DNA of 64,000 nucleotides, from assembly GCF_009834535.1 (NCBI RefSeq), contig NC_045706.1:72478001-72542000 (forward strand), given 5' to 3'. Positions 11,761 to 23,859 of this stretch are shown here, piece after piece. Below the pieces are notes generated by a model. That model did not search any database, had not been told where the DNA came from, and saw nothing but the letters and a program-made list of their open reading frames with translations. The translations under genes and the position numbers were made by a program. Numbering within the stretch: position 1 is the stretch's first letter; each line of letters opens with the position of its first letter. Source of the stretch: Camelus ferus (Eukaryota).

Positions 11761-12204
11761 TAGTTTAAATTCCAATTATTATTTTTATTTGGTATTTTTC
11801 AAAACAAATGAAAAGTTTCTCAAATTGTGTCCTTAATATATCTGGACACATTTACACTAAAGATTATTCTAAACAAAGGAGTGGTTTCTGATTTCTCTAT
11901 TAAAGATGTATTTTTCTCTGTGCTCTCCCCCAAGCCCCAGACTCCGGCAAACATATTCAAAAAGTTCAGTGTGATTAAACGTAATGGTAGTTTATGAGAT
12001 GAATAAGGGTTCTACACTGACACAGAGAAAAGAAGCCGGACGTCCCTGTAAGCCTGCAGGCAGAGTAATTTTTAGCTACTTTTTAGAGCAAACACCAGGC
12101 TGGCCGCAACCGTATCAAGACAGATTTGCTCCCATCATTCAATCAAATGAGAAGGAAAGCCACTTTTCTGCCAGTAAACACTAAAAATTTGGTCTAAATA
12201 AGCA

Positions 12205-12505
12205 TCTGGGAAAGTCGGGTTCGTTTCCTGCCGGCTCCGCCTCCGCCCACTGGGAGCAGCCTGGCTCCTGCCCTGGGAGGTGTGGGCGCTGAGGGCCGAG
12301 GGTCCCGACCACCAGCTGAGAGCCAGCCCAGCGATCACCACCAGCATTCACCGCGCAGCCGCTGAGACACAGCGCCGCCACGGCTGCCTCCCCCGGCGTA
12401 GTCTGGGTTCCGCCCCGCCCCGCCCCCGCCCCCGCCGCCCACGCCCTGCCCCGCTCCACGCCCCTCAGTGGGGCGAGTCGGCCACGTCAACAAGACGGGC
12501 TCCAT
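12205..12505. promoter_or_regulatory. Small CpG-island-like element with a GC-box array in FMN2 intron 16
   Basis: About 30 CpGs in about 300 bp by eye; ccgccccgccccgcccccgccccgccgccc (Sp/KLF boxes, G4-forming on the minus strand) at ~12409-12438; TGACGTGG on the minus strand at 12482-12489. Confidence 0.6.
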
Positions 12506-12919
12506 TTTGAGAAACAGTCAGTACAAAAGATCTAGGATTCCCTGACAGTGAGATATGTATGTTCCATGCTTGTGCTCTAAAATCCACAAATACATTCCTC
12601 CCATGAGCACAAAGCCGACAAGCAGAGATGACGTGTAGCGGTGCCTCCTGGAACTGTGAAGTATATGTGGGTGAGAGGGGAATCATTTTTTCTTAAGAAA
12701 ACACAAGCAAATCAACCCCCTGCAGTCTGAATCTCCTTGACAACTGTCTAATGTTCCATAAACACAGGACATGATTATGGATGAGCTGCCTCCGAAGAAC
12801 CCTCCCCACAGGTTCGGAATGGCTGTAGATGAGGATAAGATGACGGGTAAGGATGGACCCAACCCTGCTCTCACTTCAAACAGAACAAAACCTTCACACA
12901 CATCTCGGAATAACCCTAC

Positions 12920-13040
12920 GAGGTAAATATTGCCGTTACCCAACTTTTATGATGAGGAAACTGAATATTTTAAATGGTCAAATTACTTGCTTGGGGTCAA
13001 CACACCAATGTGGCAGCCCTGAAGTTGAGATCCAGACAGA
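12920..13040 (-). mobile_element. MIR fragment
   Basis: cccaacttttatgatgaggaaactga...ggtcaaattacttgcttggggtcaacac, the MIR core in antisense. Confidence 0.65.
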
Positions 13041-13159
13041 CAGCAACCTCCTCAGCTCCAATGTTAAGCATTGCTGTGTGGCATCATCACAATGCAAACG
13101 AGATGATGAAACACGACTGACAAAATCTTGTTTATTTACATGTACATTTAAAAACTAAA

Positions 13160-13291
13160 AAATAATTGGGGGGGGGAGAAGTAATTTGGTTTATTTATTT
13201 ATCTATATATTTTAATGGAGGCACTGGGGATTGAACCCAGGCCCTTGGGCATGCTAAAAACATACTCTACCACTAAACTATACCCTCCCCC
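13160..13291 (-). mobile_element. tRNA-derived SINE, Vic-1 type
   Basis: ggaggcactggggattgaacccaggcccttgggcatgctaaaaacatactctaccactaaactataccctccccc preceded by the ggggggagaagtaatttggtttatttattt tail. Confidence 0.88.
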
Positions 13292-13779
13292 AATATGTAC
13301 ATATTTATTTAAATTTATGTATTTACATTTGTATATTTATGTATTTACATTCATTATAGTAATTTATATTTATTACTGTTTATTTAGAAGCATTTGTTTC
13401 TAAAAGACTGACTCTTCTTAAAACTCTGAGCATACAAAATGTGACAGTTTAAAATGGGTTTTGATAAGAGAAACTATTTAGAAAAATGGGTGCATGTATT
13501 TTACCAGATCCTGGGGAGAAGTACTGTAACCCGACAAATTGTGAACCCTATTCAAGGAAAAGGATTAATGGAAACACAACAGGCTGTGAGGTTCATCTCT
13601 GAAAATGTAAGATTGTCCCGGAAAAACAAAACCATCACTACATTTTCTTGATTGTAATTTCTAGGAGGAATTCTTGACATGGCTCTCTGAATAAGATGTG
13701 AACTGTAGTCAGTATAAAACTAGAACTACAGAAGAGAGAAGTCTTTTTGGCTGTGCTGTCTTGAACTTCCCACATCTCT

Positions 13780-14090
13780 GCTTGGCGGGCTCACCACCCT
13801 GCCCCTTCACAAGCCTTCAGATTCTTTAGGTGTCCACAGAAATGTTGCCTCTTCAGAAAGGCCTCCTCTGACCACACTTTCTAAATGAAACTTTTCTGCT
13901 TTTTAGTCTGCAAAACTGGTTCACTGTTTATTTTCCTCAGTACTAATTTCAACCTATAATTTAAAAATGTGTTTACTTTTTTATTGTCTGCTACTCTAGC
14001 TAGAAAGTAAGATCCACTAGAGGAAATTTGCCCAGCACACTGTAGGGCATAATTAATTGTTGAATGAATTAATAAATTAATGAATTTAAT
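13780..14090 (+). mobile_element. L2 3' fragment
   Basis: aaatgttgcctcttcagaaaggcctcctctgaccac...ttattgtctg...cccagcacactgtagggcat...ttgttgaatgaattaataaattaatgaat, the L2 terminus. Confidence 0.7.
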
Positions 14091-17000
14091 TGCTTATTAC
14101 ACCTTAATGAACATGAATTATTCCTTTAGTGAGTGTAGCTCACATTCCCTACACATTCGCAGGCTCCATTTGCAACTAGTCTGTTCCTCTCGTTGTCAAT
14201 TGCCTTGTCAAAGCTTCAGCTTGTAGGAGTCAGAACTAGGAAGAGGATTTTTTTATGGGTCATTTCTCTAGAAATTGATGCCTGAATTAAAGGGGTAAAT
14301 GGTTGGTCAAATTCATTTTTTGCTCCAAAGCAACAATGCCAAGTAGCAGTCCAAGAGGCAGTTTCACTTAGGTGTCCCACAAGTACATTACTACATGATA
14401 GTAAACCAATGTGGTCGCTTCCTTCTACTCTGATAACATCATATTTAAATCTGAACATACAGCTCGCTTGAATAGAAATTAGGGAAACAGGAGTGTTAAC
14501 AGTGTGTGAGGTGCTCTTCAGGTTAATGCATCATCTGCTGAGGCCAAGCATTCAGACACTTTTCCTCCAGTCACAGCTTTCAGCTGGGCTGAATCCAGAA
14601 TTGACTGCCACGTGCTTATGCAGTTCGAAGAGTTACTATACTTTTTCCTGATTCATCAAAGACTACCTGTCTCAAAGTCAACCAGTGAATTAAGTTAGAA
14701 AGCACTTTAAACACACAACCCTTACTAATGTCACAACTGATTTATTAAATTAAAATGCCTTAAGCTGACTAAAAATGAAATCACGATAAGCCACACTGCA
14801 CACTATGGGTCTGGAGGCCTGGTTGCCAGAGCCAGTCTTTCTTACCTAGAATGCCGCGCCCTCCAGGGCTGCCTGTGCAACTCCTGCTTGGCGCCAAGCT
14901 GCATGTCAAAAGAAGAATTTTGGGAAGAACCAATGCCCCCTCATTTCTTCCCCCACACGATACACCACACCAGAGCTAGGCTGTTAGCTCAAGGAGAACA
15001 GGGCCTTCGTCAAGTGGACCTGACAGTCTCCTGTGCCTAATGAAACTCACTATGGATTGAGGGAATGATCACTGATCACTTCTCTGTGCAGACTCCGCCT
15101 GAACACCGAGTTCAGCTACAACAGAGCAAGAGTGGGAAGTGAAACTGCTCTGGGCCCCCGCTGTCTTCTCCAGGACCACTCCCTTCATCGGGGTTGGAAA
15201 GCGCAACTATTCACAGTCACGCTGTACTAAGCAGCACAGCCCTGTTGTCCAAGCTCCGCTGGGCCGCGCTAGTGGCCAGTGGTGCTCGTGTCTTCCTGCA
15301 GGTGAGAGACGAGGACTGCCCGTTTCCTTACAGACCGAAGCTGTGCTCTGTGAAACCTGGGAGAGGCTTGGCAGAGTTAATGTTAGCTGGTCCCCATCTT
15401 CTGGATATAATTAAGCTGATGTTTTTTAAAATTATTTTTCATGTTTTGTTTTGCTCAGTAATAAGTCTAGATTTCTTTTGAGAAGGGTTTATTACCAATT
15501 ATATATGCCTAGTTTCAAGTATATGAAAAAAATTTTTTCTGACTCGTGACAAAATCAATGGGTCAGTTGTCTAAAGCATCAATACAGGAATATAGCATAA
15601 TGTAAATAAGGTTACATTAACATTTTCAAATAAAAGTTCACCCTTGGACTTAGAATCAAGGCATTTTACCTAACCAAGAAAGTAACCGAATTGCAATAAT
15701 GCCTTGTATTTACAGAATATGTTCTTAAGATGCTTAACATGCCTTGTCTGTATGTTACATTACCTTGAAGGTAGTCATGATCAGGGTGTTATTTATATTA
15801 AATGATGGAGAAACAGCCATTGAGCATCTAGCATGTAGACACTGTGCTCTGTATCATCTCATTAGCCTACACAGGAACACTGCAAGACAAGAGCCACTGC
15901 CTCCATTTTGCTGACGAGGGTACTACGACTGTCTATGACTAGAGCTAGTGAGGGGAAGACCTAACTCAGAAATGCTCGTGTTTTCCACCCCATGGATTAG
16001 AAAGACAGCAGACCTTTTCAACAGACTATAGAAATTCACCACTTCAAGCAACGTATCTACCCAATCACATGAGTCATCAGGAAAAGCCAGAAAATACGTT
16101 ACCACCACACTATAATCAAACACCAATTAGGAATAATGGGATAAGGAAATTTTACAGAGGATCTACAACCTTAAAGATACTATTCAATGTAGAAATTCCG
16201 AATTAGAGCAAGGAAAACTTGATCAGAAAGGGAAATTTCATCCACACCATGGTGTTATCTTTTGGGTTATTTCTACCGTGCTAAGACCTTCTGCTACTTA
16301 CACAGGTTATTTTTAAAGGTTTAATGAACTAGAGGTGGTAGATTATTGTTTACTTTCTTTGGGAAACTGCTCTTCCCTAACTCCAGTGATAGTGCCAAGA
16401 AGGAAACTGTCACCCACGGGAACCCTCCTCTCTGGCTGCAGAACTGGGTTTGTGAACTGCTGAACTAACCATGGTACCCACGCCTCCAGCCACCGTGTCT
16501 GATCCAAAGATGAACATGATTCATCTGGAGTTCTTCCTTGGGATTGCTCTCTCCTGGGCTGTGAGAGTGTACGCCCCGGATGGGACCCATGGCCATGGGT
16601 CCACCCTTAAAGAAAAGTCCTGGCTTGGAAATTAGCCTAAACCACAGAGCAGGTTGGAGGGAGGGCACAGAAAGGGGAAAGAGAGTGAGTGAGGCTGAGA
16701 GAGAGAAGGACTGGAGAAGAGGAAGGAGGAGGAGAGGACACTTAGAAGACAGGCAGAGGCAGGCAGAGGGGCAGGCACGCCTGACTGACCCCCACAAACC
16801 GCAGCTGGAGTTTCTGCCTTCAGGCACCCACAGGCACGTCGTAGCCTGCCCTTCGGTGGTTTGACTGTTTAAACAAATACTCCCTCTCTTTGCTTCAGGT
16901 ATTTGGAGTGGGGCTTTTATTATCTCCAATGATAAACTTAAATTATGTAAGAAAACATGTTCATGACTTTACTAGGTTAAGTTCTTATTTCGGTATCTGT

Positions 17001-19841
17001 GTCGAATACGATGATGTAACAAGTCAAATCAGCAAATTTTCACGGAGAAACCGAGAGGGCAGCCCTGTGGCCCAGTGGCAATGAGCGCTACACTGAAAAT
17101 GAAGACCTGGAACACTGTGTCGGGGGAACAAAGACTGAAATGCACACCTCGGAAAAGTTACGGTATAAAATAAAAGCAGACGTATCATCAGGCAGCGTAG
17201 GACTGACTATTAAAATGTGCAGATAATACATATTATAGGAGAAGAGGAGGGAACGACTGGGCTGGGGAACAGCACTCCACTTCAAGCGTCTGTGCTGCTC
17301 GCGGCTGCGCACACTGACGTCGGTGCGTCGGAGGTTTAACCCCGTGGCTGAGCACGCTCCCGTCTCCTGCGGGTGCCCGGCAGCACTCGGAGCGCCCCTG
17401 CAATACCCTTCCACTTACCCACAGAGTATATACGCTACCAAGCTTACCCCAAGGCAAGGTTGCCTTCCTGGCGTGCGTGTGCGCCAGCACACAGGGCCCA
17501 CTCTCACAAGCGCTCTGCACTTGGTTTAACAATTTGCCATCTTGAAATTGTCAACAATTTTTGCGCAAGGGGCCACATGTTTTCATTTTGCACTGTTCCT
17601 GGAAATGGCGTAGCTGGTCCTCCACTAAAGAAAGGGACAAAGTTTTCCTGCAAACTATTTAGACCAACAGTTTCGCTTTTCAAAGCAGCCTGTTCGCCAA
17701 GAGACATCATCTATTTCGGAAGTCAAAGGGCAGAGAAGCGCTCCCTCGTGTCCCTCCTTAGCCCCTCACTGAAAGCAAATGATTTAGAAAAATCAGAAGC
17801 ATGCAGCGGAGGGCGCTTGTAACCTGCCAGTTCACATCACTGCCAAAATTAAAGTGAAGTCACCAAGTGTGAGCCAAAAAGCCCATCATATTTTTCTAGC
17901 ACAGGACAAGCACAGGATGAAGTATTAAAAAAGAATCCGGCTGATTTTAGGAAATACTTAGCAAAGCAAAGCTAGTTCTGCTCATGTCCAGTGGATAAAA
18001 TATCATCAAATACAGGACTGTTTTCAGTCGTGTTACCTAGAAACAAAGCTCTGTCTCATGCAGCACAGGTTAGATGACGTCCAGACTGTGCATCTGACTC
18101 AGTTCCCACATCACCTCCAAGGAGGCTTCTCACCAGCTTACGCTACATTCTGGCTCCGCAGTAAAGGGAGGCTGCGGTGCACGGCCACCTGCGTTCTTGT
18201 GCTGGGACCTCTGGAGCCACGACCACAGGACCCGCCGCCTCTGCAGTTCACCTGCTCACGTAGGTGCTCTCAGAACCGCAGCTCCCCGACCACAGCCTCA
18301 TCAGTCCTGTGCAGTCGATGCCCAAATCTCACCCCCTCCACTCTCCTTAGGACTCACGTCAGCTATCGTGAGAATGATCACTGGCACAGCGCAAAGCGAC
18401 AGGCTAATCTTTCACTTGTGTTCCTGAGTGTGACTGAGCCCCAGGCCCTGTACCTGCGGCACAGGTTGAGATTACAGACCAAAGGAAGCACATGGGGAAC
18501 CAGTGAGGGTCAGGAAGGGACTGTGCCCAGGTTAAAAAAAAGCTCCTTTTCACCATTTTCCAAACAGAGCGAGCATTGCTGGGTAAAAAATTGGAACTAC
18601 ATAGCTAAGTGGGAAATAAGTGAACAGTGATCCAAACGTGCTCATGTTTAAGCAATGCTCTCTGCTGCCCCAGCTGCATGGATTTTGACTAAAATCACAT
18701 CTTTTATGTTAACCCGTATTGATGCATTTTGAGGTAGAATAAGCTCATTATCTTTAGAGTGAATGTTCAAAGCGCTCTCCTGTTCAGACTGCCCTTCTCC
18801 CGCCCACTGCCCACTGAGGCGCACCGTCTTCTCTGACGGCGTCCTCGGATCGCAGCGACCGTATGAAGCAGCGCAAGCCTAGTGCACTCTGCGCGCTCAG
18901 GGTGTCAGCCATTAACTTCACTGACTTAAGGATGTGTCAGAACCTACTTAGAAGTGAAAACTAGGCAGGTGATCGTGGTTTTGTATGTAAGCAAGACCAA
19001 AATAAAGACCATAAGCAGAGAACGGTGGGGTTCTGTGGCGTGGTGAGCAAAGCCCCTTGAGAGCTAAGTTTCCCAAGCTCTGCAGCAAAGCCCGTGCTCG
19101 CGACGGCGCGCTGGCAAGGGCGCTGACTGGCTTGGCGTTAGGGTCTGGTTTACCGTGTCCGCGATGTTTCCTTTTCACCCTCCCTCAGGCCCAGCTCTCT
19201 GAGGACGCTGCCGGGCCAGGCGGCTTCCTCCCTGACTTCGCAGCAGTGCGTCTCTACGAGTTCCACAGTCAAGTGACAGGGACTCTACTTTATATACCTG
19301 AGGGGAGAGATTTCCCTTCTTTCCTGAAAAGATGCACTTTAGAATGTGATATGATCCTACAAGACTCTTGAATGATCTTTTAAAAAGTATTGATCATCTG
19401 TTTCTTGGGACACCTGGGAGAAATTGCGATATGAACGATGAAATTCTGACAGTATCCCTTGAGTGGAGCAAAAACAACAAACCCGATTCATCTTGCCTTA
19501 CGGCCTTCGCTCTCAGCCTTCTGAGGTGAGTGGGTTTGCCATCTCAGCAGGGTTCTTCTGTTCCTCTTTATTACATGATCTGCTTTTGTGTGGTTTCCTC
19601 ATCACTGAGGTTGTTTTAACAGACAGTGGTCCCAGCAAACCATCACCCCAGATACTTTTTGCAGCATCACAGTCATTGTGCTGACCCTTCTACTCAAACT
19701 CCAGATACTGCCAAACCTCAGTGCCAGTCTTAGACCTGATACCCAGGTTGAGGGCCTAGGTTTTCGTTCAGGCTGTAAAAGGTGGCCACCCCTAATTGGT
19801 CAGTTTTAAAATGCCATTGTGTAAATGAAAAAAAACCTTAC

Positions 19842-19991
19842 CTCTCTTGTAGAATAAGTTTGTTCTCTTTCTTCCAATAGTCTTTAAAGTCAGAGCTGAA
19901 TTCATGCCAGATACTGAAGAAAGCATTGGGGGACACCTCCTTCTCTCCGATTTTTGGTCTCATGAAGAAATAGGCTGCAGTCTCCAAAAAG
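19842..19991 (-). CDS. FMN2: Formin-2 coding exon (exon 16 equivalent), end of FH2 domain, 150 nt
   Basis: tgctttgacag|CTTTTTGGAG...CAAGAGAG|gtaagg; translates (C)[49 protein letters not shown](R), the diagnostic FMN2 C-terminal FH2 segment; visible in ORF 19838..20035. Confidence 0.97.
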
Positions 19992-20013
19992 CTGTCAAAG
20001 CACACATGCATGT

Positions 20014-20034
20014 ACACACACACACACACACACA
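20014..20034. repeat. (AC)10 microsatellite next to the exon 16 acceptor
   Basis: Direct reading; it reads (TG)10 on the transcribed strand. Confidence 0.95.
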
Positions 20035-21729
20035 AAAGCTATGGTTACTTTCCAATATGGGAAATAAATACTTTCTTTATCCAAATGCTGACTTCATTCA
20101 AACAGTTATTTTACCAAGAGGACTCAAACTCCTCAGCACCAACAATAGTTGTCTTATGGTTTTATGTTTGAGTTTCTGGAGATGGATATTAGCAGCTGAC
20201 AAGAGCCCTCCGTATACTGGTAACTATCCCTGGTCCAGTCATTTTCAAGATTAATCACCATGTGTCTGACATACTTCAGAAGGGAACCTGTAATCAGGTT
20301 GGGGCAAGTTGGAAGTGGTAGGTACACACTTTCTTTCTAGACTCTGAACAAGTGAAATGTCAGCCCTTTGCCCCCAAACTGATCCGTGTTCTACATGTAT
20401 GTGGTATTGCTTGTGTGCTATTTGGCTTCCTATGTTGCTGGTGGGAAAGCAGCAGCAGCGCCAGGAGATGCTAACACAGCTCCCGTGGCGATCAGGGCAG
20501 TGGCGCGGAGGGGACACCAGCGGGGCAGCCGGCCCTGGGACAGCGGGCTGGCAGGGCCAGTCTCCAGACGAGGGCTTCGTACAACTGCACGAAGCTCAGA
20601 AGAGTTTCACAAGGGCGACCTGACAAAGAGTACGCAGCTAGTAAATGGGAGAGCCATGACAACGGAAGCCCTGCACGCCCGTGAACGACACCCAGAGTGG
20701 GAACCAGGCCAGTGAAGCGGACCGCGTCGCGGTGAGGGAGCCTGGGCAGCTGTGTGTGGCCAGAGCTGCTTCAGAAAGATGTGGCAACCTCCCTTCCCCC
20801 AACCATTTTTCTCCCTTTGGCCAAGAGCCGGCACTGTTTCTGCTGCACAAGCTGAAGTCTGATTTGCCCTGAAGTGAAAATTTCTAAGGCAACTTGATTT
20901 TGCCATATTGTTTGATTAAAAATATGTGTACACACATACACACACTTACACATATCTGTGTACATATTCAGCTTGTCTTACAGCTGATTGCAAATCCCTA
21001 CTATGAAAAAATAAAATGAAAAAATCTCCTTTAGACAATCCTTTGAAAAACTGAGACGTGTGGGATAAATCTGCTCAGAAAGTAACAGATCGAGCATCAC
21101 AGACAAAATCGAACCCCCCCCCCCCAACTGCGGGCTACCGACGTGTGGCTAGTGCGTTGTTTTTAAACGTGCCTTATGGCTGGCTCTGAGCGGCAAGATT
21201 CCCAGGGGTACCAGCTGTTGATTCTGAAGAGAGATGACAGCACTGATTTGATCAAATGCGTGACTCTTGGGAATTATATATTTCTCCCCAGTTAGCCTAA
21301 CAGGAAAAATGACACAGTGGAGTCAAGTAGTCCTGAGAAAGAGTCAGGCTGTGAAGTGGACACGGTTTGCCACTGAGCTGTGGTAGTGACAACACAGTGT
21401 GCCTGCAGAACGTGCTGCCGGTTTGAGGACTGCCAGGAGGGAGAGTGGCAGGGGGCACGGTCATGCTTTATTAAAACTGGTAAGGATACACAGTACTTCC
21501 CATGGAAAAGCCAGTCACCTTCCTTATATGCCTAAAGATCATTTATGGACTGCTAGCTAAAATTAGGTCTCAAATCCTTTCACTATCCATTTATTCTTCT
21601 CTGATATTTATGCTTCCCCAGATTGATCATTACAGACCAAACCAGCCCATCTGGGCAGACGTATCTAAGTTGTAACAGCTGGGTCACCCACCCAGCTGTC
21701 TTGCATTTGAGAAGCTCTACCATGAGGCA

Positions 21730-21865
21730 GCACGGTGTAAAGGAAAGAAGGCAGGATTTAGAACGAGGAGACACAGGACATTGACTCCTGACTCTTGGAC
21801 AAGCTATATGAGCAAACCATTTAACATCACTTTGACTCAGCTTTTTTCATCTGTAAGACAGAGTT
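21730..21865 (+). mobile_element. MIR fragment
   Basis: gtgtaaaggaaagaaggcagg...ccatttaacatcactttgactcagcttttttcatctgtaag. Confidence 0.55.
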
Positions 21866-22169
21866 CATGGTAAACAATTGTTTTAAAGTCCCATGGGAAA
21901 AAAATGGATTCCCGAAGTGTTGCTGAATGTTTTAATGCAAATTGATTTTATATTGTATGTTATTTTATATTATATATATCGCATATTTTATACTGCATAT
22001 GAAATAAATATAAATACATATTTCCTAAGGTTTTTCTCTACATTATAATTGATTTAATTGGACCTGATTTATTAACAGACACTCATGTGAGGTCCCTGTA
22101 GATATTTTTGAGTTACTGGCATGCACAGAGGCTTCTGACACTAGTGATAATTATTCTGTTGGATAATTT

Positions 22170-22290
22170 CCTCTTGGCTCGGTCATAAATTGCCCACATA
22201 GCTTTAAGCAAGTAATGACTTCTGAGCTCCAGTTTCTTCATCTATAAAGTAGAGCCTATGCCTACTTTTCAAGGCTGTCATGAAGATTAA
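22170..22290 (+). mobile_element. MIR fragment
   Basis: gctttaagcaagtaatgacttctgagctccagtttcttcatctataaagtagag...ctgtcatgaagattaaa. Confidence 0.65.
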
Positions 22291-23859
22291 AAGTACCTTC
22301 CAAGTTATAAACTAAAATAGCAACACATGTATTAGCTTTATAAGAGTTAGGCATCTTTCCCTAAAAATGCTCTTTGTGCAAAACCTTATCAATTTGTTAG
22401 ACAAGTTAGTATCCTACAACTGACTTAAACCCAAAGTGTGAAACCAATTAATAGCATGATTCTCCATGAAGAGAACCTACGTCCATAGCCATTTCTGTGG
22501 AAGTGGCTGTGGTGACGGAACAAGTGTCACCCAGGAGTGCGACACAGAGTGAAGGCTTATCTGAGGATCGTGAGTGCTGTCCCAAATGCACTCAGTCACC
22601 TCATTCCCAGGATAAAGTGTAAGCACTGTTTAAAAATAATGAAGCAAATAAGAGGCCACTTAATTTCTACAAGTTATCAAGGTACCTTGTATTCCAGAGG
22701 CATTTTCAGTTATATAGTCCTGTCCAGCATTAGGCGGCACTCAGCTAATTCAAACTTCTATGACAGGAAAGATACCCATTTGGATGGTGGGTGGTAGGGA
22801 TAGGAGCCATCCTTTCTGAATTATCCCCTTTATCTAAATCAGGAACCAGGAGGGCCCTACCCACCGTACGGGATATGGGACCACTGAAGAGGACAGACAT
22901 CCTATCTGAGACTTTCCTCTCTACACAGACTGTTCTGTGAGGCCCTCTCAATATGACCCTGGCACACAAAGAGCCAGCAGTAAAAAGAACAGCAGTTCTA
23001 ACACTAAGCAAATGCACCAATCACAACAAAAGGCAACTCCAGAGGTCACCAAGCAATCAAGAACTCTCTAGTCTCGGTCCCTAAATGGTCCTTTCTGTAA
23101 AAGATCAGCACCACACTTCTTTTACTACAAATATCAGAAAGTACAAATATGAGGCTCTGTAATGGAATCAAAAGTAGCTGCAGAATTCTGAAAGATGGCC
23201 ACAGGAGTAGAATTGTTTTGGAATTTTTTACGACTACCCACACAAAGACAGAGAGCAACTAAGACAGTAAAATAAAAGGCATACAAAACACTGAGTCCAA
23301 CATCCCCACAAACCTCAGAACGCAATGGGGTAGGACAAACCACTGACAGCACAAGCCCAGTAGCATCCCTGTACAGGGGGAGGAAGAGGGAAGCAACAGG
23401 GGGTCCCCATGAAACAGGAGAACCCCCAAATCCTAAGCAGGTGCTCCTGAGAAGTGTAAGGGTCAACCTGAGAACTGCAGCTGAAATTGGAAGGGCTTGA
23501 TGCACACTAATGCATGGAAGAGAAGAAAGAATCTGTTATAATGGCGGGGAGCAGTCTAGGCTGTGTGAACTCTCAGTACTAACAACGAGGAATTCCCTCT
23601 GAGGGCAGAGCTCTGCACTGAGAGAATATGAATGCTGGGAGTAGTTAAAATTGCGCAGGATAAATGCAAGGACAAAGGAGATAGAAAATGCAGATACATT
23701 GGAAGAGAGAAAATTATGGACGGTATGTGTTCATGTGAAGCTAGAATTGAGCCTAGAAAAGCGATCCTCATTCATCTCTTTCTCCTAAAAGTTCAGTAAA
23801 GCCAATTTCATGTAAAATGAACAAGAAAAAAATAATGCAATGGAAAAAAGCATGTCAAA

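Noticed and set aside
12135-12347. 70-aa ORF with a signal-peptide-like start (MLVVIAGLALSWW)
   Set aside because: No homology recognised; such ORFs are expected in GC-rich DNA. Kept only as part of the CpG-element finding.
18058-18630. Longest ORF in the track (190 aa, + strand)
   Set aside because: Low-information composition, no domain recognised, antisense within an intron; consistent with chance.
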